Positions 8,974-19,700 of a DNA stretch of 64,000 bases are shown here, in pieces. Below the pieces are notes generated by a model. It was not told the DNA's origin and did not search any database. It was given only the letters and a program-made list of their open reading frames with translations. Both the position numbers and the translations under genes were made by a program. Origin of the DNA: an uncultured Eubacteriales bacterium (GTDB lineage Bacteria; Acidobacteriota; Aminicenantia; Aminicenantales; Aminicenantaceae); contig CAZSZS010000107.1 of NCBI GenBank assembly GCA_964611275.1, forward strand, positions 4,720 through 68,719, given 5' to 3'. Numbering within the stretch: the first letter of the stretch is position 1; each line of letters begins with the position of its first letter.

Positions 8974-10047
8974 TCAGTTTTCTCTCTGTAAATACTCCAG
9001 GCCGGCTTCATACACTTCTTCCGGAGTGATACCCTGAAGGCACCTGAAGTCTTCATGCACACACTGTCTCTGTCTGCAGGGACGGCAGTCAAGATTTTTC
9101 TGGATGATCTTATGTTCCGCACGCCAGGGACCGAAGTTTGCAGGAAGCGTGGGGCCGAAAAGCGCCACAATGGGAGTTCCGGTGGAAGCAGCGATGTGCA
9201 TGGGGCCGCTGTCAGGGCCTACAAAGAGGGATGAATGAGAGATAATGTCTCTGACTTCCCTCAAGCCTAAGTCCCCTACTGAAGATAAAGGTGGGGATTT
9301 TGTCTTTTTTATGATCGCATCTGCGGACTTTTTATCTTCCAGGGCGCCTATGAGCACCACTTTTACCCCCGATTTTTGAGTAAAAAGGCCGCACAGCTTT
9401 ATGTAATTTTTGATATCCCAGCTTCTGAATCTGTTTCCCGCTCCGATGTGCATGGAAATAAATTTAGAATCAGACAGATTATGTCGGGACATTATGTGTT
9501 TGATTTTTTGGTTTTCTTTTTCTATGGAGGAAGGGATGTAGAGGGGTGGTATGGCGCCTGATTTTATGCCCAGTGTTTTCACGAGATTGACATGGTTTTC
9601 AACAGAATGGATGGGTCCGGTTTGGGGGCCTCTCGGGAGCTTGATGTGGTAGATGAAATGTCTGTATTTTATCTTATATCCGATTTTTATATCCGCCCCG
9701 GAAAGCAGGGTCATAAGGGATGACCGGGGGCCTCCGTGGAAATCGATAACCGCATCGAACTTTTTTTTTCTGATTTTTTTGACAACAGAAAAAAAGTCTT
9801 TTATCCGTGCATGAGCGGGGAGTATAAAGGTCTCTGTTATCAGTGGATTGCCTGTGATCAGATCCGCATAGGGTTTTTCGATCACATACGAGAGCGCTGT
9901 CTCAGGAAAATTTTTCTTTAGGACCGAGACGGCGGGAGTTGTCATGATGACATCCCCTATCCGCCTCAGTCTGATTAAAAGTATTTTCTTGATATTTTCG
10001 GGATCAATCCTTGGTTGGTCTTTCAGGTTCAATGGTCGCCTCATCAA
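8974..10047 (-). CDS. ADP-heptose:LPS heptosyltransferase (glycosyltransferase family 9)
   Basis: GT9 N-terminal motif (ILLIRLRRIGDVIMTTPA) and a C-terminal GPDSGPMHIAA motif. Confidence 0.75.
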   Translation of the reverse strand: MMRRPLNLKDQPRIDPENIKKILLIRLRRIGDVIMTTPAVSVLKKNFPETALSYVIEKPYADLITGNPLITETFILPAHARIKDFFSVVKKIRKKKFDAVIDFHGGPRSSLMTLLSGADIKIGYKIKYRHFIYHIKLPRGPQTGPIHSVENHVNLVKTLGIKSGAIPPLYIPSSIEKENQKIKHIMSRHNLSDSKFISMHIGAGNRFRSWDIKNYIKLCGLFTQKSGVKVVLIGALEDKKSADAIIKKTKSPPLSSVGDLGLREVRDIISHSSLFVGPDSGPMHIAASTGTPIVALFGPTLPANFGPWRAEHKIIQKNLDCRPCRQRQCVHEDFRCLQGITPEEVYEAGLEYLQREN

Positions 10048-10192
10048 TAAGCATAACCGGAATGTCTTCTTTTATGGGATAGACGCGGTGGCACTTGATG
10101 CATTTGAGGCCTTTTTCGTCTGAAGTCAATTTGACTTCTGTTTTACAGACCGGACAGGCAAGGATTTCAAGTAAATGGGGATCTATACTCAT
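10004..10192 (-). CDS. Trm112/YcaR (UPF0434) family zinc-ribbon protein
   Basis: LLEILACPVCK...LKCIKCHRVYPIKEDIPVML matches the Trm112-like family. ATG at 10192. Confidence 0.7.
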   Translation of the reverse strand: MSIDPHLLEILACPVCKTEVKLTSDEKGLKCIKCHRVYPIKEDIPVMLIDEATIEPERPTKD

Positions 10193-10411
10193 ATTTTTTC
10201 TCCGGGAGCTTATCATATAACACAGGTTTGTGTTTGTCCAGACACCTTAAGGGCTGTTTTTTGTTGTCAATTCTGCTTTCTATTTCCAGTACATCCTAAT
10301 GTGAGATAGTTTTTTATTCGAGGAGTTTCGGAATCAGTTGCTCCTTGCCTGGGGGAGTCAACACCCCGCCTCAGGTAGCTGCCGCCTAGGGGAATTTTTA
10401 TCAAAAAACCC

Positions 10412-10440
10412 TACACTTTTTATAGGAATTATGCTATAAT
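10412..10440 (+). promoter_or_regulatory. putative sigma-70 promoter for the efflux operon (perfect TATAAT -10 at 10435..10440, weak -35)
   Basis: The TATAAT hexamer lies about 100 nt upstream of the tolC-like start. The -35 element matches only 3 of 6 positions. Confidence 0.25.
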
Positions 10441-10540
10441 TTTTCTTCAAAATTTGGTTCAAGATTCTTCGAAAGGGGAATTCTATAACCTCTTGTTTTA
10501 ATTTTCGTATTAAAACTTTAATAAATTTGTAAGGTTAATC

Positions 10541-11926
10541 ATGATAAGAAGCAAACAGAAAGACATGTTTTTTTTAGAAAAAGTTCTCATCGTAGCCAGC
10601 TGCTTTTTTATAGCCGCGGCAACTGTTTTTGCCTCCCCATCTCAGCAAAAAACAGAGCTCCGCTCTTTCAGCTTGGAAGCGGCCCGTGAGTTCGCTGTCC
10701 AGCACAACTATGATACGATTAGATCAAGGTTGGATATTGAATCCGCTCGAAAAAAACTGCGCGAAACCCTGGCAGGTGGTCTTCCCCAAATCAGTTCTTC
10801 TCTGAATTACTTGAATAATTTAGAGCTGGCCACAGTGCTCATTCCTAATTTTTTTGAAGGGAAGTTTGATGAGAAAATTCCGGTTCAATTCGGAACCCAG
10901 CACAACACCACGTTCACGATTCAGGTCAACCAACTGCTTTTCAACGGCAGTTATTTTGTGGGTCTCAAGACTTCCAGCATTTACCGCCGTCTGGCAGATC
11001 AGGGATTGGAGAGAAGCAAATTAGACGTCCAGGAGACGGTTTCAGACACCTATTTTCTCATTTTGGTATCAGAGGAAAGTGAGAAAATTATGCAGGCCAG
11101 TCTGGATAATCTCAGGAAAACCCATTTAGAGGTCAAAGAACTTTATAAAGAAGGCTTTTTGGCTGAGACGGATGTGGACATGATACAGGTTTCTGTGACC
11201 AGTCTGAATAACGCTCTTCAAGCTCTTCGACGTCAGATAGAGATAGGGTATAACCTTCTGAAATTCCAAATGGGGATGGACCTGGACAAGAAGATCGAGC
11301 TGGAAGACTCCCTGAATTCCTTCATCCATAACCTAAGTCCGGAGGAATGGTTTGAGACTGAATTCAAACTCCAGGAAAATTTGGATTATCAACTTCTTGA
11401 AACGCAGGAAAAACTCGCTGAAATGGGTCTTAAGAACGAAAAAGCCAAGTATCTGCCTACCTTATCGGCTTTCTATACGTATCAGCGCAATGCTTACCAG
11501 GACAAATTCGATATTTTTGGTGAAGATATCAACTGGTTTCGAGCTCAAATTCTGGGTGTTAATGTCAGTATCCCTATCTTTAAAAGCGGAGCTCAATCGG
11601 CCCGGGTCACCCAGGCAAAACTTGAAGTTGAAAAAGCCCGCGAGACCCGGATCCAAGCCGGAGAGGGACTGCGTCTGGAAATGAAGAGAACCATAAGCGG
11701 ATTGGAATCAGCTTACGAGAATTACCTCAACATGAAAGATAACATGAAGTTATCTGAAAAAATTTATAACAAGACTTTAGAAAAATATAAGGAAGGGGTG
11801 TCGTCCAGTATGGAATTGATCCAGGCTCATGATAAATATCTGAACAGTCAATCCCAGTATGTTCAGGCTCTATCAGGACTTTTGAGTGCCAAGAACCAGC
11901 TTGACCGAATCACCCATGATTATTAA
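10541..11926 (+). CDS. TolC-family outer membrane efflux protein
   Basis: Signal peptide plus two OEP-like repeat halves. It is the first gene of a three-gene efflux operon. Confidence 0.8.
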   Translation: MIRSKQKDMFFLEKVLIVASCFFIAAATVFASPSQQKTELRSFSLEAAREFAVQHNYDTIRSRLDIESARKKLRETLAGGLPQISSSLNYLNNLELATVLIPNFFEGKFDEKIPVQFGTQHNTTFTIQVNQLLFNGSYFVGLKTSSIYRRLADQGLERSKLDVQETVSDTYFLILVSEESEKIMQASLDNLRKTHLEVKELYKEGFLAETDVDMIQVSVTSLNNALQALRRQIEIGYNLLKFQMGMDLDKKIELEDSLNSFIHNLSPEEWFETEFKLQENLDYQLLETQEKLAEMGLKNEKAKYLPTLSAFYTYQRNAYQDKFDIFGEDINWFRAQILGVNVSIPIFKSGAQSARVTQAKLEVEKARETRIQAGEGLRLEMKRTISGLESAYENYLNMKDNMKLSEKIYNKTLEKYKEGVSSSMELIQAHDKYLNSQSQYVQALSGLLSAKNQLDRITHDY

Positions 11927-11948
11927 TCAGACAAATAAGGATAAAGCC

Positions 11949-13106
11949 ATGAAACAATCAGCACTAAAAACAAGCCTTATCATAATAGGGTTACTTCTAA
12001 CTCTCTTTGCCTGCGGTCCCAGGGATAATCGATCTGAACTGGAGAGTCTCATAGAGAAGCGAGATGAATTGAATGAAAAAATCGCTCAGCTTAGAGCCGA
12101 GAACTCACCGCAAGTCAGTGAGGAATCTCCTGAGGACTCCATCCCTGTGCGAATTTCTGAGGTGAAATCGCAGGAATTCAAGCATTTCATCACAGTTCAA
12201 GGAACAGTTGAATCTGAATCCAATATCCTGGTCTCGCCTCAAACTCCTGGTTTGGTCCGAACCATCCATGTTCAGACCGGAGACCGGGTAAAAAAAGGAC
12301 AGCTTCTGGCTGAACTCGATGCTTCTGTGATAAAGAGGAGCATTGAAGAAGTTAAAGGGGGACTTGAGTTAGCCCGTACGGTTTATGAGCGGCGGGCCCG
12401 GCTCTGGGAAAAAAATATTGGCAGTGAGATTGAATACCTTCAGGCAAAAAATAGTAAAGAAAGCCTGGAAAAGAAACTGCAGACCCTTCAAGAGCAGTAT
12501 CAAATGACTTTGATCACAGCTCCCATATCCGGATCCATTGATGAAGTCATGATCAAAGAAGGAGAAATGGCTGCCGGGGGCTACGGTACTTTCCGGATCG
12601 TGCAGCTCTCAAGGCTTAAAATAACAGCTTCCCTTTCAGAGAATTACATCGCTCATATCCAGCAAAACGATATCGCGCAGGTATCCATTCCGGTGGCGGG
12701 AAAGGATTTTGAGCAGAAGCTTCATGCTGTATCCCAGGTTATTGACCCCAATAACCGAACTTTTAAGATTGAAATCCGTGTTCCCAGAGAAATCAAGAAT
12801 CTCAAACCCAATATGCTGGCTCTGGTGACCATCAATGACTACACCAATCCCCAAGCTCTGGTTGTGCCCCGGAATATCATTCAGAAAACAGGAGAAAATA
12901 ATTTTTTATTTGTGGTTGTACCGGAGAATGGAAAAATGAAGGCCCGAAAAAGGGTGGTCAAAGTGGGAGAAGAATACGACAGCCTTATTGAGGTCACCGA
13001 GGGTTTGAATCCGGGAGAACAAGTGGTCGTGTTTGGATTTCAGAATCTGGGGGACGGCCAAGTCATTACTGTGAACGGAATCGACAATGAAACATCCTCA
13101 ATTTAA
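11949..13106 (+). CDS. RND efflux periplasmic adaptor (membrane fusion protein), lipoprotein
   Basis: Lipobox (LTLFACG), coiled coil, and HlyD/biotinyl-lipoyl-like domains. ATG at 11949. Confidence 0.8.
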   Translation: MKQSALKTSLIIIGLLLTLFACGPRDNRSELESLIEKRDELNEKIAQLRAENSPQVSEESPEDSIPVRISEVKSQEFKHFITVQGTVESESNILVSPQTPGLVRTIHVQTGDRVKKGQLLAELDASVIKRSIEEVKGGLELARTVYERRARLWEKNIGSEIEYLQAKNSKESLEKKLQTLQEQYQMTLITAPISGSIDEVMIKEGEMAAGGYGTFRIVQLSRLKITASLSENYIAHIQQNDIAQVSIPVAGKDFEQKLHAVSQVIDPNNRTFKIEIRVPREIKNLKPNMLALVTINDYTNPQALVVPRNIIQKTGENNFLFVVVPENGKMKARKRVVKVGEEYDSLIEVTEGLNPGEQVVVFGFQNLGDGQVITVNGIDNETSSI

Positions 13107-16100
13107 AATATCCAACCTGGCTGTAGAGAACCGGACCACGGTCTACATTTTTACCATTCTCCTGATTATCTTTGGGATCATGCAGTACAACAGCACTCCC
13201 AAGGAAAAATTTCCCGAGATTGTTTTTCCCTATTTCATGATCGGAACCATTCATCCCGGGACATCTCCTGTGGATGTGGAAAATCTCATCACTCGGCCGC
13301 TCGAAAAGCACTTAAAAGGCATCAATGGGGTGAAGCACATCAACAGTCAATCCATCCAGGATTATTCGTCCATTTTTATTGAATTTGAATTGTCCGCTGA
13401 TGAAGTTCAGGCATACCTGGATGTCAAACAGGCTGTGGACGAAGCTCGGTCCGAACTGCCTGATGACCTTTTCCAGGAGCCTCAGATCAGCCGGATCGAT
13501 CTCTCTGAAATTCCCATATTGTTCATCAATCTATCCGGAGATGTGGGATTGGTTCAGCTTAAAAGATACGCGGATGACCTTCAAGAGGAGATCGAGGCTC
13601 TGGAAGAGATTTCCAAAGCCGATATTGCCGGAGCCCTGGATCGGGAGATCCAGATCAATGTGGATCTTTACAAAATGCAGGCTGCGGACATATCTTTCAA
13701 TACCATCCAAAACGCAGTGGCTGCTGAGAATCTGACTATTTCAGGCGGCCGTATCGATGAAGGCGGCATGAGACGGAATTTGCGTCTGGTGGGGGAGTTC
13801 AGTACCTCTGAACAGATCGCTGATATCCAGCTTCAAAACGGTATCGCCATCAAAGATATCGCCCGAGTTGTGGATGGATACAAAGAACGGGAAAGCTATG
13901 CCCGGTTGAATTCACAGGATGTGGTGACCCTGAATGTGGTGAAAAAAAGCGGAAAGAATCTGATCTTTGCTGTGGATAAGATCAAAAATATTGTGGAAGA
14001 TTTCAGAGAAAAAGCTCCGGATAACCTGAATATTATTCTGACAGGAGACACCAGCAATCAAACCCGCAACAGTGTCAGTGATTTATTCAACACCATCATG
14101 GTGGGTTTTATTGTGGTGGTTTTTGTTCTTATGTTTTTTATGGGGCAGACCAATGCTCTTTTTGTGGGGGTGGCCATTCCTCTGTCCATCATTGTGGCGT
14201 TTATCTTTGTGCCGGTGGTGGGATACACCATGAATATGGTGGTCTTGATGTCGTTTATCCTGGTGCTGGGTATTGTGGTGGACAATTCCATTGTGGTGGT
14301 GGAAAACATCTACCGTCATTATATGAACACCCCGGATCTGCCCATTATCCCGGCCACTAAGAGAGGAGTGGGCGAAGTGGCCCTGGCTGTTTTTACCGGA
14401 ACCCTCACTACCATGGCGCCTTTTTTTCCTTTGATTTTTATGCCAGGGATCGCAGGGAAATTCATGTCCTTTTTACCGGTGACCATCATCATCGCTCTTT
14501 CCGCATCCATGCTGGTCGCCTATGTCATCAATCCGGTTTTTGCAGTCTCTTTCATGAAATACATTGCTCCGGAAGATAAAAGAAATCCATGGAAAATCCC
14601 CAGAAAAAAACTGATCATTGCGGCTGCTGCCGCGGCTCTGGCTGTGTTGTTTTATCTTTTGGGACAAATGTTTTTGGCTCATGTTTTAATGCTGGGTGTT
14701 CTCCTCTATCTTCTCATGAAAACAGTTCTTCAGTATCTGGTGGAACAGTTTCAATGCTGTGTTCTACCGCGCATGATGAATTTTTATAAAAAGTCTTTGG
14801 CCTTTTTTCTTAAAGGCCGCCGCCCCTATGGAGTATTGGTGGGAATCATTATCCTGATGGTTTTTTCATTCATACTCATGGGTCTGCGCCAGCCCCAGAT
14901 AGTCTTTTTTCCCAAAGGGAGCCCCAATAATCTATATGTGTACATCACCATGCCGGAAGGAACCCATATTCAGGTCACCAATGAGATATGCAAACGGGTG
15001 GAATCCATCGTCTTCGATGTTTTGGGAGAAGACAATCCGGATATAGAGTCTGTGGTGTCTAATGTGGCCGTGAATGCGGGAAGCGGTATGTTCGAACGGT
15101 TCCCTCAGGACAAGCTGGCGAAAGTGACCATCACCTTTGTGGAATACAAATTCCGTACAGATGAAGTGCCCACTCAAGCCTATATGGAAGGACTCAGGGA
15201 AAAGGTGGCCGGGATTCCCGGCGCTGAAATACGAATCGACCGCGATGCTATGGGTCCGCCTTCGGGAATGCCCATTAATATCGAAATCAGCGGGGATGAA
15301 ATTGAAAGATTGGTTGATATTTCTCAACGGCTTCAGGAATTCATCCATAACCTGGGCATACGCGGCATTGAAGAAATGAAATCCAGTATGGAGGTCAGCA
15401 AACCGGAAATCATTTTGAAAGTGGACCGGGATAAAGCCAACCGGCTGGGGATATCCACAGCCCAGATCGGGATGATGCTGCGCACCGCTGTGTATGGTTC
15501 CGAGATTTCTGAATTCAAGGAAGCCGAAGAAGAATACCCTATCCAGCTCCGGCTAAGTGAAGAATTCAGGGATAACCTGGATGCCCTGCTCAGTCTCAGG
15601 ATTGCAGTTCCTCCAAAGGGAAACGGACCCCCAGGCCGAGTTCCCATATCTTCTGTGGCTGATATCACTTACCGGACGAGTTACGGTGGAATCACCCGGG
15701 TGGATAATAAGCGGACCATCACTCTTTCCTCCAATGTCTTGACCGGATACAATGCCAATGAGATCATCCAGAAGATCCAGCGTGCTCTTCCCAAATTTAA
15801 TTTGGAACCGGGTTATTCGGTTCAATTCACCGGGGAACAGGATACTCAAGCCGAAGTGGCTCAGTATTTGGTCAAAGCTCTGTTTATTGCGCTGGCGCTC
15901 ATTTTTATCATTCTGGTGTTTCAGTTCAATTCTTTAGGAAAGCCCCTGATCATCATCACCCAAATATTTTTCAGCTTCACTGGAGTTTTTCTGGGATTCG
16001 CCCTATTCGGATTGGATATATCTGTGATCATGACCGGCATGGGTATCATTGCTGTGGGCGGGATTGTGGTCAAAAATGGAATCATTATTGTGGACTATAC

Positions 16101-16425
16101 GGATAAACGCATCCCGGGGAGTAAGAACAAATTGGACGCGGTGATCGAGGCAGGCGCGACCCGTCTCAACCCCGTGCTTCTGACTGCTATGTCCACTATT
16201 TTAGGGCTGCTGCCTTTGGCTATTGGATTAAACTTTAATTTCCAAACTTTTTTCACCAAGCTGGATCCTCAAATATACTGGGGTGGGGATAATGCGGCTT
16301 TCTGGAATCCCCTTGCCTGGACTATTATTTTTGGACTGGCTTTTGCCACAGTACTGACTCTGATTGTGGTTCCGGCCATGTACACTATTTTTTATGTCAG
16401 AAAATCCAAATCATCTAGAAACTAA
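13087..16425 (+). CDS. RND (HAE1/AcrB-type) efflux permease
   Basis: 1112 aa, 12 transmembrane helices with two large periplasmic loops. Translationally coupled to the adaptor gene. Confidence 0.9.
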   Translation: MKHPQFKISNLAVENRTTVYIFTILLIIFGIMQYNSTPKEKFPEIVFPYFMIGTIHPGTSPVDVENLITRPLEKHLKGINGVKHINSQSIQDYSSIFIEFELSADEVQAYLDVKQAVDEARSELPDDLFQEPQISRIDLSEIPILFINLSGDVGLVQLKRYADDLQEEIEALEEISKADIAGALDREIQINVDLYKMQAADISFNTIQNAVAAENLTISGGRIDEGGMRRNLRLVGEFSTSEQIADIQLQNGIAIKDIARVVDGYKERESYARLNSQDVVTLNVVKKSGKNLIFAVDKIKNIVEDFREKAPDNLNIILTGDTSNQTRNSVSDLFNTIMVGFIVVVFVLMFFMGQTNALFVGVAIPLSIIVAFIFVPVVGYTMNMVVLMSFILVLGIVVDNSIVVVENIYRHYMNTPDLPIIPATKRGVGEVALAVFTGTLTTMAPFFPLIFMPGIAGKFMSFLPVTIIIALSASMLVAYVINPVFAVSFMKYIAPEDKRNPWKIPRKKLIIAAAAAALAVLFYLLGQMFLAHVLMLGVLLYLLMKTVLQYLVEQFQCCVLPRMMNFYKKSLAFFLKGRRPYGVLVGIIILMVFSFILMGLRQPQIVFFPKGSPNNLYVYITMPEGTHIQVTNEICKRVESIVFDVLGEDNPDIESVVSNVAVNAGSGMFERFPQDKLAKVTITFVEYKFRTDEVPTQAYMEGLREKVAGIPGAEIRIDRDAMGPPSGMPINIEISGDEIERLVDISQRLQEFIHNLGIRGIEEMKSSMEVSKPEIILKVDRDKANRLGISTAQIGMMLRTAVYGSEISEFKEAEEEYPIQLRLSEEFRDNLDALLSLRIAVPPKGNGPPGRVPISSVADITYRTSYGGITRVDNKRTITLSSNVLTGYNANEIIQKIQRALPKFNLEPGYSVQFTGEQDTQAEVAQYLVKALFIALALIFIILVFQFNSLGKPLIIITQIFFSFTGVFLGFALFGLDISVIMTGMGIIAVGGIVVKNGIIIVDYTDKRIPGSKNKLDAVIEAGATRLNPVLLTAMSTILGLLPLAIGLNFNFQTFFTKLDPQIYWGGDNAAFWNPLAWTIIFGLAFATVLTLIVVPAMYTIFYVRKSKSSRN

Positions 16426-16650
16426 TCGGCTTCATCGATCATCTTTCTTCTGTGGGCGCTGGTATAGAGGCCGTAATAGCGGACCATAACCTGCCCTTTA
16501 TCAGGAATAGGCGAGGTCACCCGGGCTATAAACTCCAGGTTTGTCCCTGATCTAATCAGGGGTAATCCATAGACTCTGTCTCAGCAGTGTGCTTTCCGTA
16601 TTGATAGGCCACTTGCCCCTGGGTCTTGTCCAGGGATAGTCTTTAAGAGA
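16422..16650 (-). pseudogene. IS91-family (Y2/rolling-circle) transposase C-terminal remnant
   Basis: The minus-strand translation LEFIARVTSPIPDKGQVMVRYYGLYTSAHRRKMIDEAD* matches the conserved C-terminus of IS91/IS801-type transposases (…IP.KG…VRYYG…). It is only about 50 codons; a further frameshifted stretch lies upstream. Confidence 0.35.
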
Positions 16651-16776
16651 ATATTAACTGACTGATTTAAAAAGAGTTAAATTATTTTCAGTCACTTATA
16701 TCAAAAAGAAAACCAATTTTGTTTAAATGTTAATGTTTTGTCCCTTAAGGTTTCTTTCCCTTGCAAATTTTTTGTT

Positions 16777-19700
16777 CTATTTCCAGTCAGGAAGGCGTCC
16801 GGGTGTGTAGGGGGCGCCTATTTCATCGAGCTTCTTTTCGATATTCTTAACGTCTTCTTCTATGATTTTCTTCAGGGCCTCGTAGATGGGGGCAAATTCA
16901 TCCAGCACGATTTGGTAGCTGTCTCTTTGGGTTTGAGTGGGAGCTGATGTCGAACCCCACTGTTCGTAAATAATGGAGTTGATCCGTCTGGCAATACCGG
17001 GTTCTGTATCAAGGTCCAGCTGGCTCAGCATGCGATCTCCGAACATCCGGCGCTGGAATTCTGCCAGTTTTTTCTCGAGGTCCGTGATTTGAGCAAAAAG
17101 TTCCTTATGGGGAACGGTCACGCTTTTTAATGCGACTTTATAATGGGTGACCCTTGTTCCGAGTTCCCTCATCATGCTTGAAGCTGCATTGACTGAATGG
17201 CTGAGCTTCCGGACTTTTCCTTGAAATTCCACTAGGGCTTCTTTATCCTCAGCCGGCAGAGAGGTGTTTCCGAGAGGCTTGGCTTTGAAAACTACGGGGT
17301 CGGTCATCTGTGTGATTTCTCCGTCAACGCACTTGGACATAAAGACCTTGTATGTTCCCGGGAGAACAAAAGTGGAAGAGGGCCCGGAAGAGGTCGGATT
17401 TGCATCTCTGACATTGGTCGGATTCAGAGCCGGATAGCAGAGGTCCCAGGTTATGCGGTGCAGCCCCTTTTGAGCCGGGGCCCTTAGGTGTCTCATTACA
17501 TGGTCGTCTTCATCCTGGATTGTGAACAGAAGATAAGGTGTCATCTCCTCTTCCTCTGCCCGCATCTGTTCATAGGATGGATAATACACGGGCTTTTTCT
17601 GCTTGGCATTTTCCTGTTCCTGCTCACGCCTTTGATCCCTTAAGGTTTTGACGCTCTCCTTGAGATAATAAGTGAAAGTGGCAGCCACAGGGGGATTGGG
17701 AACAGTAAAGTAATTTTCGCCCTGAAAACCTTTGCTTCTGGACCCAAGAGTTCCCAGAGGTGTTTTTTCGACAAACATGAGGGCGTCCTTAATGGAAAAG
17801 ATGTGCCCCTCTTTTGCGAGGGTGTCTTCGGTCAAGGTCCTCATCGGGGAAAAGTCATCCAGGATATAAAATCCGCGTCCAAAGGTAGCCAGCACCAGGT
17901 CGTTTTCTCTTTTCTGTATGGCCAGGTCGCGCACAGCAATAGTGGGCAGACCGTTTTTAAGCTGCTTCCAGTTTTTCCCTCCGTCAAGAGAGGCGAAGAC
18001 TCCGAATTCGGTCCCTGCAAACAAAAGGTCTTTGTTGATGTGGTCTTCGGCCAGAGCGTAAACAGAGCCCCGTTCCGGAAGCCTGGAGGATAGGGAAGTC
18101 CAGGTTTTTCCGGCATCTGTGCTTTTAAGGACATACGGTTTGAAGTCTCCGTTTTTATGGTTGTTAAAGGCCGCGTAGACCGTGTTTGGCTCATGATGAG
18201 ATGCGATGATGTCATTGACATAGGTTCGTTCAGGGACACCCGGAAAACTCTCTATCTTTCTCCAGTTCTCTCCTCCGTCCTCTGTGACCTGAATCAGGCC
18301 GTCATCTGTGCCCACATACACCATTTCTTCTTTTACAGGGGATTCATCCAGAGCCACGATGTTACCGTAGGAAGATGTGGAGGCATTCTTGGCTACAGCA
18401 TCCATAGGCCAGATTTTTCCCATCACTTCCAGTTTGTTCCGGTCGATCTGTCTGGTCAGGTCCGGGCTTATGACCTTCCAGGTGTTTCCCCTGTCATCGC
18501 TCCGGAATAATTTATTGGCAGCAAAGTACAAACGTGTGTGTGAGTGTGGGCTTATGAGCAGGGGAGCGTCCCAGTTCCAGCGGTATTCTTTTTCTCCTTT
18601 TCTGGGTTTGGGCTGTATCCCCATACTTTCTCCGCTTTTTTTGTCGAAGCGGACAAGGTTCCCATGCTGTGACTGGGCATAGACGATGTTCGGGTCTTCA
18701 GGATCCACCTGGGATTCGAATCCGTCACCTCCCTGGGTCGTGTACCAGTCAGCATTCACGATCCCGTGAGCACTGTTGGTACGGGACGGTCCTCCCAGGC
18801 TGTAGTTGTCCTGAGTGCCTCCGTAGACATTGTAAAAAGGCTCGGCATGATCAACCGCGATTTTATAGAATTGGGTCACAGGAAGATTGGGCATGAACTT
18901 CCAAGTTTTGCCCCTGTCAAAGGACTCATACACTCCTCCATCGTTTCCGTTGAGGTAGTAATCCGTATTTTCCGGATTGATCCAGAGGGCATGGCTGTCC
19001 CAGTGTTTGCTGCGGTCTCCCAGGGCTGTCCAGGTATTTCCTCCGTCGTCAGTGACCTGAAGAAAGGTATCCATGGAGTAAACGCGGTCCCTGTCTTTTG
19101 GGTCGCATATGATTTCCTGGTAGTAGTTGCCCGAAGAGGCATAGCTGTTCTGTTTTTCCCAGGAAACCCCTCCGTTTAAACTGCGGAAGAAACCGGCCCG
19201 GCCTCTCTGTGCTTCCACGATAGCGTATAGATAATCCGGGTCAGCCGGAGAGATGGCCAGTCCTATTCTTCCTTTATCTCCGGGAGGAAGTCCTTTGTTG
19301 ATCTTTTTCCAGGTTTTTCCGGCATCCACGGATTTGTAAACACCTGACTCAGGGCCGCCGTCAACAAGTGTGAACACATGCCTCCGGCGCTGATGGGCAG
19401 CTGCATAGATGACATCCGGGTTCCTGGGATCAAAATGGACTTCATTCACACCTGTGTGCTCGCTGATGGTGAGGATGGGCGTCCAGGTCTCTCCACTGTC
19501 TGTGGTTTTGTAAAGCCCCCTGTCGCCTCCGGCACTCCATAGAGGGCCGTAAGCCGCCGCGTAGACCACATTGGAGTCTCGGGGGTCCACAATGATCATG
19601 CCGATATGCTCTGAGTTTTTGAGGCCCATATGCTTCCAGGATGCGCCACCGTCAGCAGATTTATAGATTCCGTCTCCGTAGGCAACGCTTCTTTGATTGT

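Noticed and set aside
10004-10047. 44-nt overlap between the Trm112-like gene and the heptosyltransferase N-terminus.
   Set aside because: Probably an over-extended heptosyltransferase start. The conserved GT9 N-terminus begins around KKILLIRL, so the real overlap is likely small or absent.
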